Shown here one piece after another: positions 47,676-48,501 of a DNA stretch of 48,501 nt. The stretch is from an uncultured Caulobacterales bacterium (lineage in GTDB: Bacteria; Pseudomonadota; Alphaproteobacteria; Caulobacterales; Maricaulaceae). The DNA lies in assembly GCA_964483375.1 (NCBI GenBank), contig CAZABJ010000014.1, forward strand, positions 1 to 48,501, given 5' to 3'. The notes beneath the pieces are model-generated. The model saw only the letters and a program-made list of their open reading frames with translations, did no database searches and was not told the origin of the DNA. The stretch's first letter is position 1. Every line of letters starts with the position of its first letter. A program made the translations under genes and the position numbers.

Positions 47676-48101
47676 ATGATGAAGCTTGCGTCCGGTTTTG
47701 CTTTCGCTCTCGCCCTGCCTTGGGCCGCCTCGGCGGCGGATTTGAGCGTTCGGATCCAAAATGTGACTGAGGAAAGCGGCGAGATCTACGTGCAGGTCTG
47801 CACGCCCGAGACCCGTGACGTGGCGCTGTCAGGCGGCTGCGAACCCCGAGCGATGGCGCCGGCCGAAGACGGAGTGGTGGTGGTTTTCGAAGATCTCGAC
47901 CCGGGCGTCTACGGCGTAACCATGTGGCACGACGTCGATGGCGACGGCGAATTGCGCTCGAACGTCATGGGCATTCCACGCGAGCCCTTAGGCTACGCGA
48001 ACGATGCGCGCGGCCGCTTCGGTCCGCCTGGTTTTGACGATTGGTCCTTCGAACTCGGCGAGGAAGACCTGGAAATCGTCGTGAACCTCTACCGATTGTA
48101 A
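47676..48101 (+). CDS. DUF2141-family secreted protein
   Basis: ATG at 47676 with SD 'ggagga' gives the signal peptide 'MMKLASGFAFALALPWAASA'. 'VYGVTMWHDVDGDGELRSNVMGIPREPLGYAND' is the DUF2141 signature. Confidence 0.7.
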   Translation: MMKLASGFAFALALPWAASAADLSVRIQNVTEESGEIYVQVCTPETRDVALSGGCEPRAMAPAEDGVVVVFEDLDPGVYGVTMWHDVDGDGELRSNVMGIPREPLGYANDARGRFGPPGFDDWSFELGEEDLEIVVNLYRL

Positions 48102-48184
48102 CTCGACTTAGCCGTGCGCCCGGGTAGAGCCCTGGCAGCGAATGTCCTAACCTCAGTTCGGATCCTTTTGGGGGCGCTGCGGCC

Positions 48185-48501
48185 ATGAGTGACGTATCGG
48201 ATAAGCTAAAGTCTCTGTCGATCGACAGGAGCGGATCGGCTCGGCCCCACGGGCGGGGTCATGGGATTTTGATCGCCGCCATACTGGCCCTGGCCGGCGC
48301 GATCGGATTCGGCGCTTGGGCCATTTGGCATGATCAGCCCGGCGCGCCTGGAGCGATCGCTCGGAATGGCGATGCTGAAACCGCTGCGCCCGCAGCCCCG
48401 GCGCCCGCAGCGGCGCCGGATGCCGCCGCCCGTCAGACGCCGCCTTCCTCCGGCGCTCCGCCAGCGGCCAGACGCGGGGATTTGGTGGCGTCCGGCTATG
48501 T
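48185..48501 (+). CDS. 5' part of a membrane-anchored protein, possibly an HlyD/efflux periplasmic adaptor (truncated by window end)
   Basis: 'MSDVSDKLKSLSIDRS' is followed by the TM 'ILIAAILALAGAIGFGAWAIW' and an Ala/Pro linker. This is typical of adaptor N-termini. The 3' end is missing. Confidence 0.35.
   Translation, partial: MSDVSDKLKSLSIDRSGSARPHGRGHGILIAAILALAGAIGFGAWAIWHDQPGAPGAIARNGDAETAAPAAPAPAAAPDAAARQTPPSSGAPPAARRGDLVASGY

Noticed and set aside
1-48501. CRISPR arrays, IS elements/transposases, integrases, prophage genes, toxin-antitoxin pairs
   Set aside because: No direct-repeat/spacer periodicity, no DDE, tyrosine or serine recombinase motifs, and no small overlapping TA-like gene pairs were seen on reading both strands.

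Overview
High-GC (about 67%) alphaproteobacterial-type chromosomal segment, densely coded and mostly housekeeping. In order, the genes are: HAD-IIA hydrolase; orphan cheY-cheZ pair (minus strand); MaoC-like dehydratase; ribF; a 670-aa membrane protein with an N-terminal SLOG-like Rossmann domain and two tandem 2-TM modules; tamB-tamA (minus); PhyH-family dioxygenase; ileS-lspA-DUF3035 lipoprotein; mutL; PaaI thioesterase; an unknown membrane protein and SPFH protein downstream of an atypical tRNA-Val(UAC)-like gene (minus); the conserved lptC-lptA-lptB-rpoN-hpf-ptsN cluster (minus); an RNase D-like exonuclease; three tandem genes for secreted proteins built from 2, 5 and 1 copies of one ~95-aa module; epmB-epmA divergent from efp; queG-mtgA; gpmA; a secreted Cys-containing protein; a RibD-type deaminase-only protein; hsp20; a four-gene overlapping operon (lipoprotein with degenerate methyltransferase fold, secreted protein, SCP2, GST); a HisN-like IMPase; an XRE regulator divergent from a candidate small RNA that carries a strong intrinsic terminator; an N-formylglutamate amidohydrolase-like gene; cpdR; a small secreted protein; a LytTR-type membrane regulator divergent from DUF2141; and the start of a membrane-anchored adaptor-like gene. 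No CRISPR array, IS element or prophage was found. The most unusual element is the solitary SLOG + SLATT-like gene between ribF and tamB, a candidate nucleotide-gated membrane effector. Second is the tandem secreted module family, third the terminator-bounded sRNA candidate. All calls come from reading the sequence and ORF translations; no database searches were run.
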